NCBI GenBank assembly: GCA_010909165.1
Contig: MU008167.1
Location: forward strand, 1,669,262 to 1,733,261
Reading direction: 5' to 3'
Length of the DNA: 64,000 nt
Origin: Anthoceros angustus
Taxonomy: Eukaryota; Plantae; Anthocerotophyta
In this document: one piece after another, positions 51,088 to 62,877 of the stretch
How positions within the stretch are numbered: position 1 is the stretch's first letter
Layout: each line of letters starts with the position of its first letter
The notes under the pieces: model-generated
What the model saw: only the letters and a program-made list of their open reading frames with translations
Told to the model about the DNA's origin: nothing
Databases searched by the model: none
Position numbers and translations under genes: made by a program

Positions 51088-51383
51088 ATGGCGCAACCAA
51101 GGCGTGCGATGGCAAGCACAACGATGGCGATGACTAGGCGTGCCGCGGAAGGAGGAGGAAGCCCGTGTTCGACAAGGCTCACTTCTACACCATCGGCCTG
51201 AGTGATCAAGGCCTTGACCAAAGAGACGCCCGTGCCTTGGACCGGATTGTGATCAAACAGGACTTGATGGACAAGTTCGGCTGGACCAGCCATCGTAGTC
51301 CCATCAACCTCAAACGTGCTCGCACCATAGAGCTTCCATTTCTGAAAACCCTGAGGAACAAGGTGTATTCTCTCTGATCCTCA
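51088..51383 (+). pseudogene. Family X copy truncated by an LTR insertion
   Basis: FDKAHFYTIGLSDQGLDQRD..DLMDKFGW..ELPFLKTLRNKVY, then GATCCTCA followed by an LTR beginning TGTATTTT at 51384. Confidence 0.85.
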
Positions 51384-51917
51384 TGTATTTTATAGTCATG
51401 CCTACAAGTCTAACTCCCCAAGTGGAGTCTAGCATGCCCCTGTCGTAGGGACAACATCATTTATGCACACTACATATATCCTCAAAATGTAATAGAAAAA
51501 GTAGAAATACTACTTAAATTACATAAATAAGTCTTAAGTTGAATACATGAATACAAGTCTAACATGTAGTCACATTATTAGACTCTAAAGCATGCAGACC
51601 CCGAAGTCTATATATTTGAAGTTGAAGTTGCATAAATAAGTATTAAGTGGAATACATGAATATATACAAGTTGAATTAGTAGCCATATGTGATTCGGTAA
51701 CTCGCTTGAGTGGTGATGCACGCAGCCTAAGTAACCCAACCTCCATCACGGGTAGAAGAGTAGCTAGGATCACGGGCCGTGGTCGCCGCGGATAAACGCC
51801 ATAACCAGGGCCCGTTATTGCGCCTGGTGGCCAAAGCCCACGGCTCAACAAGCGACTCTTTTCGTGTGGAATCGCTCTCGCGCGCAGCTCACCCGACCTA
51901 GTCTCATGACCATTACA
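51384..51917 (+). mobile_element. LTR family T copy (TG...CA, ~530-550 bp); other copies at 52750-53275, 55390-55935 and partial at 46609-46812
   Basis: TGTATTTTATAG...CCATTACA followed by PBS-like (T/C)GGTATTAGAGC and the same short ORF start in three copies. Confidence 0.8.
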
Positions 51918-53444
51918 AGCGGTATTAGAGCTCGGGTTGGCGCCACACAATTAGATGGGATCGAGCCTACGCGGGCTGCGCTTCCTTTGCCGCTGAATTT
52001 GTGGAGCGATTTCGAGCAGGCTCGTGAGTTCCCATCGGCTGATGATGACTTGCGGCGGTGCTCGCGGAGTACACCTCATAGAACATCCAAGGGCTAGGCA
52101 CCGTGCTGTTGTGGGGAGGCGAGCGTGGGCGGCCATACCCGGTTGAAGAAGGGCCAACCTCCGTCGTCTGGGCGAGGAGCAGCGAGGGGCTTGGATCCGC
52201 TTAACAACCAAAATAGCGATTTGGTTATCTTGTAGACCCACCAACCTAAACTCCTGTTGTCTATTGTTTCTTGCCTTTCAATATAGAATTGCTTGAGTCG
52301 GCTTCCCGATCCGACAAGCATCACATCTCTTAACAAATTGGTGTGTTTCCCATACATGGTGGCCACCATTAGCCTCCAAGATTTTCTTGGTGGTGACCTG
52401 TCTTTATAATGTCCACCACCCAGGTCCTTCGTGCATCCCCTTTATTACCACCTCCGCTTCCTGCTGAGGTACCTTCGCTCCACGTCCGGCCCCACCTTAA
52501 AGATGCAATGCTCTGATACCGGAAAGGGCGAGCGAGGCACAAGGCTCTGCTGACCCGGCTTAGTCCGCTTGGTAGTTCCATCTCCCATAGGTGCTCCAAC
52601 TCCGCATAAGAGGGCCCCCACCCGCTCCCTTCTCCGCTTCTGTGGGGTCCACTGCTCACAAGCTTAGGGTTTGTCCTAGCACTCCTCCACGCCTTCCTCC
52701 ACCACGGCTACCAATTCTTCGTCCGGGAAGGTGTCCTCCTCGATCCTCATGTATTTTATAGTCATGCCTACAAGTCTAACTCCCCAAGTGGAGTCTAGCA
52801 TGCCCACTCGTAGGGACAACATCATTTATGCACACTACATATATCCTCAAATGTAATAGAAAAAGTAGAAATACTACTTAAATTACATAAATAAGTCTTA
52901 AGTTGAATACATGAATACAAGTCTAACATGTAGTCACATTATTAGACTCTAAAGCATGCACCCGAAGTCTATATATTTGAAGTTGAAGTTGCATAAATAA
53001 GTATTAAGTGGAATACATGAATATATACAAGTTGAATTAGTAGCCATATGTGATTCGGTAACTTTGCTTGAGTGGTGATGCCGACTAAGTAACCCAACCT
53101 CCATCACGGGTAGAAGTAGCTAGGATCACGGGCCGTGAATACGCAGATAAACGCCACATAAGGCCCGTTATTGCGCCTCCGTTGTACAAAGCCCACGGCT
53201 CAACAAGCAAGCGACTCTTTTCGTGTGGAACTGCTCTCGCGCATGCTCACCCGACCTAGTCTCATGACCATTACAAGCGGTATTAGAGCTCGGGTTGGCG
53301 ATTATGGCACTAGATCCGGACCAATGCCGAGCCTACGCTGCGCTCGCTGCTTCATGAATTTGTGGAGCGATTTGAGCGAGCTCGGTTCCCTTCCCATCGG
53401 CGGATGATGACTTGCGCGGTGCTCGCCACGGGTACACCTCATAG

Positions 53445-54080
53445 AACACAAACTCATTGGGCGTAAGGTAATGCCTCAATTCTTAATCACAGATACCATC
53501 CCCAATGCTTCGCGCTCCGTAGTAGTGTACCTCCGTTCTGCATGCGTGAGCTGTCTTCCGGCGTAGTAGATTGGATTATCCTCCGCTTGTCGATCGACTA
53601 CTACTCCGATGTGGCCGACACATCCACATACACGTGAATCGCTTTCCCATCCGGACCTTTTGGGCACCGATCGGGGTGGTTTGTAGGTCTCTGAATGCCG
53701 CCTCCCTTTCTGGTGTCCAGGTCCATTCCTCCTCCTTCCTGAGTTTCGGCATTATTGGGCCCTGCTTATCATGCAACCAGCGGAAAACTAGATTGGGGGC
53801 TATGCTTATGGACGAAGACCTGTGTGAGTTACATCGGGTTATGAACAAGTTTGGTCATAGATCGCATAGTGCATCTGCAAGGTGTTGGGGAATTCTCATT
53901 TCAGGGTTATTGTGACTTGTGTCATGTTTGGCTTGGACGAAATCTTCAGGGTTTGAAGCAAGACTTACGGGAGACCATGAATCAACTTGGCAAGACCTTG
54001 GTTCAGGGACCACCTAGATTTTGCACTATCTCGCTTGTTGCGAATGGCAAAATCTTTGAAGCAGACCCCGCTGGATTTTG
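53445..54080 (-). mobile_element. Ty3/gypsy RT-connection/RNase H fragment
   Basis: KLRKEEEWTWTPEREAAFRDLQ, HVYVDVSA, NPIYYAGRQLTHAERRYTTTEREALGMV. Part is duplicated at 49780-50080. Confidence 0.85.
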
Positions 54081-55089
54081 AGGAGACCATGAATTCCCTG
54101 CCCCATTCCTGGCAATGGCTGCAGGAACTATATGAGCTGGGGGCTCATGTCTATGAGGGAGTCCAACATGGTTCTTTGTTGCCTCCACAAATTCACCTCT
54201 TCAAGACTCTAGATTTTGAGGAGATGTAGAGCACAAATTTCATGCCCTATAATTCCTGGCAGTAGCTAAAGGAACTACTAATGGGCTGGGGGCTCACATC
54301 CATGATCAGAAGTCCAATAAGGTTCTTCGCTGCCTCCACATGTAAATCGACCTCTTCAAGACTCTCCTTCAGCAATGTGTTCTCCTTTCCTAGCTGGAGG
54401 AGTGGGCTAGGGCCCCAATCCCCTCATACTTGCATTACGTCATGTCTTGGCTGAAGGACCTAGCCTAGGTTCTTTTTGATTCCCTACACCTTGTTGTTCT
54501 TCACTACCATTTTTGACAATTACAGGTTCTTGCTCGATTTTCCTTATGTAGCTTCTAGGTGATGGGTGTTTTGGGTGTCTCCCTCCAGCCTCTGCTTGCC
54601 TATTGTTGTTTCAAGTTCTCGCCAGACTTGTTTTGTTTTTGTCAATGCCATCGTTTCTCTAGAGTGATAGGAAGGAATCGGGAGGCGCAAAAAAACACAA
54701 TTGTAGGACCTATAAATATTAAAAGCTATCAGGACAAGCACACATTCAAGATTGTAAGGCCTAGAAATAGCAATAGTCAAATTGTCTTGTCATCTGGTCA
54801 ACGTTGGCCTCTACCATGAGAATCTGAGTGAGTCTTTAGTATGTACCCATGACCATTACAGAGTAAGTTGTATGACCATAAGAGTGATGAATATGTAGTT
54901 ATGTACCCTAACTAAAAGGACAATTGTGGTTTCCGGTGTGGAAACTTGTTAAGTTATGAACCTGGAATTGGGCAGGATGTGAAGTATGTACTTTGTCCTC
55001 CCGCTTCTTTCCTTCCTCTGTTGGCGCCACTAGACAAAAGAAAGCAAGCGGCTTGGTGGTTAGAAGACTTGACCTAAGCGGGGCGTGAT

Positions 55090-55389
55090 ATGGCGCAACC
55101 AAGGCAGCGGCAGTAGCAAGCACAACAGTAGGCGATGACTAGACGTGCCGCCAGAAGGAGGAGGAAGCCCGTGTTCGACAAGGCTCACTTCTACACCATC
55201 GGCCTGAGTGATCAAGGCCTTGACCAAAGAGACGCCCGTGCCTTGGACCGGATTGTGATCAAACAGGACTTGATGGACAAGTTCGGCTGGACCAGCCATC
55301 GTAGTCCCATCAACCTCAAACGTGCTCGCACCATAGAGCTTCCATTTCTGAAAACCCTGAGGAACAAGGTGTATTCTCTCTGATCCTCA
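55090..55389 (+). pseudogene. Family X copy with two in-frame TAG stops, truncated by LTR T
   Basis: MAQPRQRQ*QAQQ*AMTRRAARRRRKPVFDKAHF...KVY, then GATCCTCA and the LTR at 55390. Confidence 0.85.
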
Positions 55390-55973
55390 TGTATTTTATA
55401 GTCATGCCTACAAGTCTAACTCCCCAAGTGGAGTCTAGCATGCCCCTGTCGTAGGGACAACATCATTTATGCACACTACATATATCCTCAAAATGTAATA
55501 GAAAAAGTAGAAATACTACTTAAATTACATAAATAAGTCTTAAGTTGAATACATGAATACAAGTCTAACATGTAGTCACATTATTAGACTCTAAAGCATG
55601 CAGACCCCGAAGTCTATATATTTGAAGTTGAAGTTGCATAAATAAGTATTAAGTGGAATACATGAATATATACAAGTTGAATTAGTAGCCATATGTGATT
55701 CGGTAACCTGCTTGAGTGACTGGTCTGCAGCCTAAGTAACCCAACCTCCATCACGGGTAGAAGAGTAGCTAGGATCACGGGCCGTGAATACGCGCCAGAT
55801 AAACGCCATAACCAGGGCCCGTTATTGCGCCCCTCCGTTGTACAAAGCCCACGGCTCAACTTAAGCAAGCAGCTCTTTTCGTGTGGAACTGCTCTCGCGC
55901 ACAGGCTCACCCGACCTAGTCTCATGACCATTACAACTGGTATTAGAGCTCAGGTTGAGCGCCACAACCGATT

Positions 55974-56285
55974 ATGGCACTAGATCCGGACCAATGCCGA
56001 GCCTACGCGGGACTGCCTGCGCTTCCCACTGACACCGCTGAATTTGTGGAGCGATTTCGAACGAGCTCGACGAGGTTCCCATCGACAGATGATGACTTGC
56101 GGACGGTGCTCGCTTACGGAGTACACCTCATAGAACATCCAAGGGCTAGGCACCACGTAGGGCTGTTGTGGGGAGGGCTGAGCGTGGAGCGACTGTACCA
56201 GCGTTTGGAAGGGCCAACCTCCGTCGTCTGGAGCGAGGAGCAGCAGGGGGCTTGGATCTGCTTAACAACCAAAATAGAGGCGTGA
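55974..56285 (+). CDS. Short ORF immediately after the PBS of LTR family T (probable truncated gag or ORF1)
   Basis: ATG 25 bp after TGGTATTAGAGC (55938-55949). Degenerate copies at ~51950-52215 and ~53304-53448. Confidence 0.45.
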   Translation: MALDPDQCRAYAGLPALPTDTAEFVERFRTSSTRFPSTDDDLRTVLAYGVHLIEHPRARHHVGLLWGGLSVERLYQRLEGPTSVVWSEEQQGAWICLTTKIEA

Positions 56286-56499
56286 CTCGGCCTGGCAGCA
56301 CAAGGCTTCGATAGGTATCTCGGTGCAACGGTGGTGGGGTTTGGAGGCGTACCGGTGGCCACGATTCTTAATAGGGACCAGCACCCCCCCCGCCGGCTAT
56401 AGTTCCTGCGATTGGGAGAGGTCGAGGGCAACCCGGTGCACTAATAACCCTGAGATGCGGACGGGGCAGAGACTCACATAATCCGGGGTCGTAAGGTTC

Positions 56500-59400
56500 C
56501 CTCGACAGGCGCGTGCGATGGGTGAGAGCACGCTAGATGCTGCCCAGCTCGCACGGCTCTTGAACGAAGCACACCAACAGATGAAGCAGATGGAGCATCA
56601 GTTTGCGGAGAGTAACGCGAGGGTGGCTCAACTGGAGGCAGAGGTCAGCCAACGCCCCGCACAAATGGCCAGTAGAGGCTCCAAGGTGTCTAAGCCAGGG
56701 CACCTCGAGGGGACGGGAGATGCAACGGAGGTTGAGCTATGGATACATCAGGTGCGAGCTTACTTGGAGCTCAACGGCACGGATCCTCAGCAGTATGTGA
56801 AGGTGGCAGCCACGTTTCTCGAAGGGGCCGCCCTACTATGGTGGATTCAATTACTGGATGCGGTAACGCGAGGGGAAGCAACTGGGCCAGCCAGCCTGCT
56901 CGAATTCTTACAAATGGTACGTGCCAAGTTCATTTCACAGCCGAGGGACGGCAGTCGCCAGGGAGCATCACTAAATGAACCACGGTGCGCTATACCACCG
57001 AAGCGAGTTCAGGTGATGAGTATCCCTCGGATGACGGACAAAGAAAAGTTGGATCGGTACTCCCGAGGGTTAAAACATGCTGTGAGGAGGGATGTGGTGA
57101 TGCACACCAGGTGCAAGATATTTGAGGAGGCTGTCATGACTGCACAGCAGTCTGATGCACTATACCAGGAGTTTAGAGGCTGGTACAAACCGGCTAGGGC
57201 GTTCGGAGCCGGCCAGGGAGAAGCCACTCCGATGGAGCTTGGTCAGATTCAAGCGTTCCAAGGACAATGCTATGTCTGTCAACAGTGGGGGCATCGTGCC
57301 CGCGACTGCCTACAGACCTCCGCCCGGGGAACTGGACGCGGACGAGGGAGGCGGATTCATGGCAACGGAGGAGCTAATCGTGAAGTGAATTTTGCACAAG
57401 CAGATGTTGTCCAGCCTCGAAGGGGACCCCAGAGTGAGGGTTGCATGTCAGGCACTTGGTCGCAAAAACGGGCAAGCCCAACCGCAATCGCTCATGCAGG
57501 CCATATCAACGGGAGACCTTGTCGGATCTTGATTGATTGCGGAGCAAGTACTAACTTCTTGTCTCGCCGTTATGCAAGGAGGGCGTGCTCGGATATCGGC
57601 ATGTATAATGTGCATAGCTAATGGCCAACTTCTGAGGAGAGCTACGCGGACCGCCCTTCAGACTTAAGGATGGGAGCATATTGCGAACGGGTGAGCTTCA
57701 CCATAACAGAACTAGGGAATGGACACGATGCCTTTTTGGGCATGCCTTGGCTTGAAGATCGCAATCCAGCCATCACTTGGCCTCAGCGTGAGCTGTCTAT
57801 TGTGCTGCACGGGAGACAGTACACTATACGAAGGGAGCAGCTTCGTAGTAGCGACAAGACTAGTTTTCATGATGTCTCGGTTGTGGACATGCGGAAGGAC
57901 ATAAGGAGGAAGGGAGGACGCGGGATGACCTTGTTTGTCATCAAGGAGAGGCTCTGCCCTATGCGACCTGATAAGCTTGTTGTCCCTGAAGGTGATGCTG
58001 GGATTACTAAAATCATGACTAATTTTCAGGATGTCCTTGTCGACACCGTTGCCACCATCCAGGGATGTTGACCATCGAATTGAACTTGTGCTAGGATTCC
58101 ATAAACCCCCCATCGACCTGTATACAGGATGTCCCCATTAGAGATCCAGGAATCAACTCTGCAAGTGGAGGAACTGCTACGCAAGGGCTACATAAGGCCC
58201 TCCAAGTCACCATATGGAGCACCTATCTTGTTTTCACGAAAGAAGAATGGTAAATTACGCATGTGTATTGACTATTGAGGATTGAACAACCTCACTAAGA
58301 AGAATACATTTCCTCTTCCCCGTATTGATGAACTACTGGAGGGCTTGGCAGGAGCCCGCTACTTCTCGAAGTTGGATCTGGCTAGTGGCTATCACCAGAT
58401 CAGGATTGCTGCAGGAGATGAAGAGAAGACAGCATTTAATACCAGGTATGGCCACTATGAGTGGCTTGGTATGTCGTTTGGCATGACAAACGCCCCCGCA
58501 TTGTTCCAAACGCTTATGAACGATGTCTTTCGTGGTTTGATCAACAAAGGCATCTTGGTTTACCTTGATGACATACTCGTTTATGGTAGGAGGGCAGAAC
58601 ACAACAAGAACCTACGAGAGGCCCTGTCTCGGCTTAGGAAGCATCAGTTGTATGTTCAAGCCCCGAAGTGCGAGATATTGCATCGAAAGGTCGAGTACCT
58701 TGGGCACATTATTGACGAGACCGGCATTCGGGTCGACCCAGCCAAGGTACAGGTGGTCCAGGAATGGCCCACTCCATCGCAAACTGGTGAGTGCAGAGTT
58801 TTCTTGGCCTTGCATCATACTATAGGAAGTTTATCATGGGTTTCGCTAAGAACGCTGCGCCTCTGACAGTCCTATTAAAACAGGGGGTTGCGTGGCAGTG
58901 GGGTCCCAAACAGGAGGCAGCCTTTCAAGCCATCAAGCGGGCCCTGACCATCGCTCCCGTTCTTGCCTACCCCGATCCGTCCGTGCCATTCATCGTTACC
59001 ACAGATGCATCCGATACTGCTGTGGGGGCCATTTTGCAACAGGACCACGTTTCGGGCAAGCAGCCTGTGGCCTATTTCTCGCGGAAGCTTAATGGCGCCG
59101 AGTTAAATTGGACGACAAGCGAAAAGGAGACGTTGGCCCAGGTACTTGCATTGAAGAATTGGTGTTGTTTCCTTGAGGGAGTAGCTTTTGACCTCGAGAC
59201 CGACCATTGCCCTCTTGTCTACTTACAAACACAGCACCATCTTTCTCGAAAGCAGGCTAGGTGGCTAGAATTTTTGCAACAATATCAGTATACTATCCGT
59301 TACGTGAAGGGGCGGCAGAATCAGGCTGCTGATGCCCTCAATAGATTGCAGACCAATGCCCTTGTCACTAAGCTCCAAGTGCAGCCACCGTGGTAGGCGG

Positions 59401-60750
59401 AGATCCGGGAGGCCCTCAGTGTAGATCACACCGCGGCGGCAGCCCATAAGTCTATCCAGGAGGGCTCCACGGACTAGCAACTACTGGACGGGTTACTGTG
59501 GTACAAGCAGCGCTTGTTCGTCCCCCAACTGCCACATATCCACCGCCAAATCATCGAGGAGGCTCACAACTCACCTTCTGCCGGAGATCAAGGTATCCAC
59601 AGGATCAGTCCCCTCGTTCAACAGTCCTACTTTTGGCCCAGCCTACTCAGCGATGTTCGCGACTACGTCACTTTGTGCTCAACTTGTCAGCATAACAAGC
59701 CCTCGAGGCAAGTACCTACTGGACTTCTGCAACCATTGCTAGTCCCTTTGATGCCCTGGGAACAAGTGACCCTCGACTTCATCACCGGTCTTCCCCAAAC
59801 TGTCGAAGGCTTTAATGCTATTATCGTCTTCACTGATAAACTAACCCGCCATGTTCTTCTTCATCCTACATAGGATACCTGCACCGCGGAGCAAACTGCC
59901 GATATCTTCCTTAAGGTTGTTTACCGTGCTCATGGCTTACCGCGCTCCCTTGTAAGTGATCGTGCTTCTCGCTTCACGTCCAGGTTCTGGCAGGGTTTAC
60001 ATGCAGGACTTCACACCAAACTACGTTTTTCCACAACCTTTCACCCCCAGACCGATGGCGCAAAAGAACGGGCGAACCAGGTTCTCGAGGATATGTTGCG
60101 GGCATATGCTGGCACTCACCAGGATCAATGGGCTACCCACTTGCACTTTGCGGAGTTTGCCTACAACAATGCCCCAAATAGCTCTACAGGTGTTTCCCTA
60201 TTCCTCTTCAACAAAGGCTTCCATCCCCGCACCTGTCTCTCCGCATCCCTCTTGCTCTCCCCCCCAACTGTCGTCTGCACCCGGTTTTTCATGTCTCCCT
60301 CCTCAAACCCTTTCATGGTCCACCCCCTCCCATCCCAGCCCCCATTCTCACCGATTCCGGTCCCGAGTTCGAAGTTGAGGCTATTCTGCGTCACCGTCTT
60401 GTGCATCGTCTCTACCAGTTCTTGGTTCTATGGAAGGAGTATCCCCTCACCGACGCCACCTGGGAACCCCTGGCTCAACTCACGAACGCTCCCGACGTCT
60501 TGTGCCTGTATCTGCAACAGCACCGCCTTCCCTTGCCTTCCTTCGTGGTCGAAGCTTCCTCTTACCCCCGGGGTGAGTTGTCACGTATTAGAGCGGGCGC
60601 TCGGGCGTCACGGCCGAAGCGGTCGAGGCCGTTAGGCGAGACCGTTCTGGGCATCGCCCGACAAACCGGCGTTCCAGCGGCGTAAGGGGCATTTGCGGGG
60701 CGAGGCAGCGCCACTCGACGACCCAGGCGGTAGCCAAGCTGTCTTGCATC
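56500..60750 (+). mobile_element. Chromodomain Ty3/gypsy element (chromovirus, Tcn1-like), frameshifted, LTRs incomplete
   Basis: Gag 56518 with CYVCQQWGHRARDC; protease LIDCGASTNF; RT FSKLDLASGYHQ and YLDDIL; RNase H TTDASD and ETDH; integrase CSTC and LDFITGLP; chromodomain EFEVEAILRHR..FLVLWKEYPLTDATWEP at ~60365-60510. Purine tract then TGTCACG at 60579. Confidence 0.93.
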
Positions 60751-60886
60751 TTTAGAATTGTTGCCTTGTGCAACCAAGTTAGAAGTCTTTTTTCTCTCTC
60801 TTTCAGAGTTTTCACCTTCGCACTTCAGAGTTTTCACTTTCACGGCATTTACGTTTGTCTTTTCACAGTTTTGGGATTTATCTTTT

Positions 60887-62200
60887 CTAACTTTCTTCTG
60901 CTGGCGTTGAAGGGGTGTACACCGGCGATTTCGGATCTGCTCTGTCTTCAGAATAATACTTCTTTCTTTGTTCATTGTACGGTCCAGATAGAAAGTTAAT
61001 CATTTCGAAAATTTCGTCCAAACGGGAATATTTCTGCAGGCAATGGTAAATGTCAGACATCGTACATATTAAATTTCACCACTGTAAATATGATATACTA
61101 ACCTCAAATAGTGCAAACAACTCCTTTTGATTCTTCGATAACTACAAACAAAAAAGGAGTTAATATTTTACCTCCATTTCAAGTCGAAGAAGATCTTGCT
61201 CGGTAAATACCTTTCTCACTAATGTGAGGCAATGGCTGTGAAGATTTCCCACACTACGGAAATGTGATTGAACGCTCGCAGAAAGTATCAACCTTAGAAT
61301 TTGCATATTTGGTAAAATATTAATATTTTCCTTGTTTACATACGTAAATTGTTACAGAACTAACCTTTTGAATGTTTTTTGTAGTTTCGGATCTTCCATG
61401 AGAGTCAACAAGTCTGTGGTTTTTAGCTCCTTATTTTCAATGGCTACTGATATTTCTACATTACCAAAACACAAAATATTTCATTAGTACTACATAAACT
61501 GATTCAAATAAACTATTAAAAACAATATAAACCGATAACACTTACTTTTCTGGATCTCCATGTACTGCTCTAGGGTTGCTGTCGACCCATCTTCATTGCA
61601 GATTGGCTGCGCTGGATCTTTGAGGCTATGTTCCCAAATGGGAACATATCTATTTTTAAAATCTTGGAAGACTTGTGGATACTGAAAGTTATCCATCCAT
61701 TTTCCAAAGTCGACAAATTCCTTCGATGGTCCATACGTTGGTGCATTATCTTGACTTTTTCCTCTTTTTGTCCTTTGGAAAAGAATTAGTTAGTAAATAC
61801 TAGTTACAAATATATTTAATTATTTACAAATATACAATAGCAATTACGATGAGATATGTGTTGTTGATTTTATCATCCATTGCTTCTATTTTTCCTTAAT
61901 TTCCTTAGTCAGCTACTTGTTCAAGAAAGACTGTAAAAATATATTAGTACTTCTAATGTAAACAAATACATATACAAAATGTTTGTTGTTTACCTCCAAA
62001 ATTGATCAATGATCGATGTCCATTGAATCTTGGACCGAGTCATTGTTTCCAACTCTAATTGAGCTTCGGAGATTCTTCTTAATATCCTCGTAACCATATA
62101 CAACCATGTTGTACCTATATTTTGTTCTATAGTTCTAGAGAAGTTGCGAAGTCTTTACCTTTTTAATTTTTCCAATTGAGCATCCGCAAAGGAGCGCAAG
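60887..62200 (-). pseudogene. AT-rich multi-exon gene of unknown function (partly disrupted)
   Basis: GT-AG exons 61772-61546, 61455-61365, 61292-61172, (61141-61103) and 61033-60887 splice into one open frame (…PSKEFVDFGKWMDNFQYPQVF…KISVAIENKE…RLILSASVQSHF…KYSRLDEIFEMINF…EES*). The upstream exon 61930-61848 has stops or a frameshift. Confidence 0.6.
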
Positions 62201-62877
62201 TTTTTGTCCATTGATGTGAACATAGTGTGCTCGTGAGTATCTTGTATCAAATATATCCAATTAGAAATGTTGAGGAAAGTCAATGATAATTGCAATGTAC
62301 TACCTTTCTCAACTATTCGTATCTCAATGAGAGGATTTGAACTTCACCATCATATCCTGGATCCCCATGGGTGGGAACATGATTGTTCGATCACGTTAGG
62401 TTTGTTGGCTCTCTACTATTGTGATCGCTCTCTGGAGAAAAAGTCATTTTAGCCATGGATTTATCAACCTAAAAATGGATTTAGCGGCTGTAGGCAGAAA
62501 TGATCATTACCTGCTTGGATTTCGACCATTTCATCGTTGCTCTCATTCTCGGATGCCATTCTGAAATAAAAGCATCGGTCAGGTCAACGCACACAAACAA
62601 TGCTCAAGCTTCAACTTTTGGAAACATCTACGGAGTGCCTGCAGCATGCTCGATGCTGCTGCTAGAGCATGCTAAGGGCCACTGCAAAAGCCACCGCATG
62701 TGGGACTTCGGACGGAGGGACGCATGCTATCACCACAGGATACTATGACCATGTGGTGATATTCTGTGGTGATATCACCATAAGATGGCATGCTTTCACC
62801 ACAGAATGCCGTGGCAGCGTTATGCATGCCGCGCGCCGCAGTTGGGCGGCTTCGCGTGTTCATGCCGCATACCTTCA

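Larger units (their letters stand above)
46600..56280. repeat. Mosaic array of shuffled segmental duplications
   Basis: Module P at ~47070-47755, 48470-49155, 50085-50590 and 54130-54590. Upstream module Q at 47765-48225, 49165-49615, 50600-51060 and 54595-55060. LTR copies and family X starts are interleaved. Confidence 0.9.

Noticed and set aside
57712-58113. 133-aa minus-strand ORF and other antisense ORFs in retroelements
   Set aside because: Antisense shadows of gypsy or copia pol.
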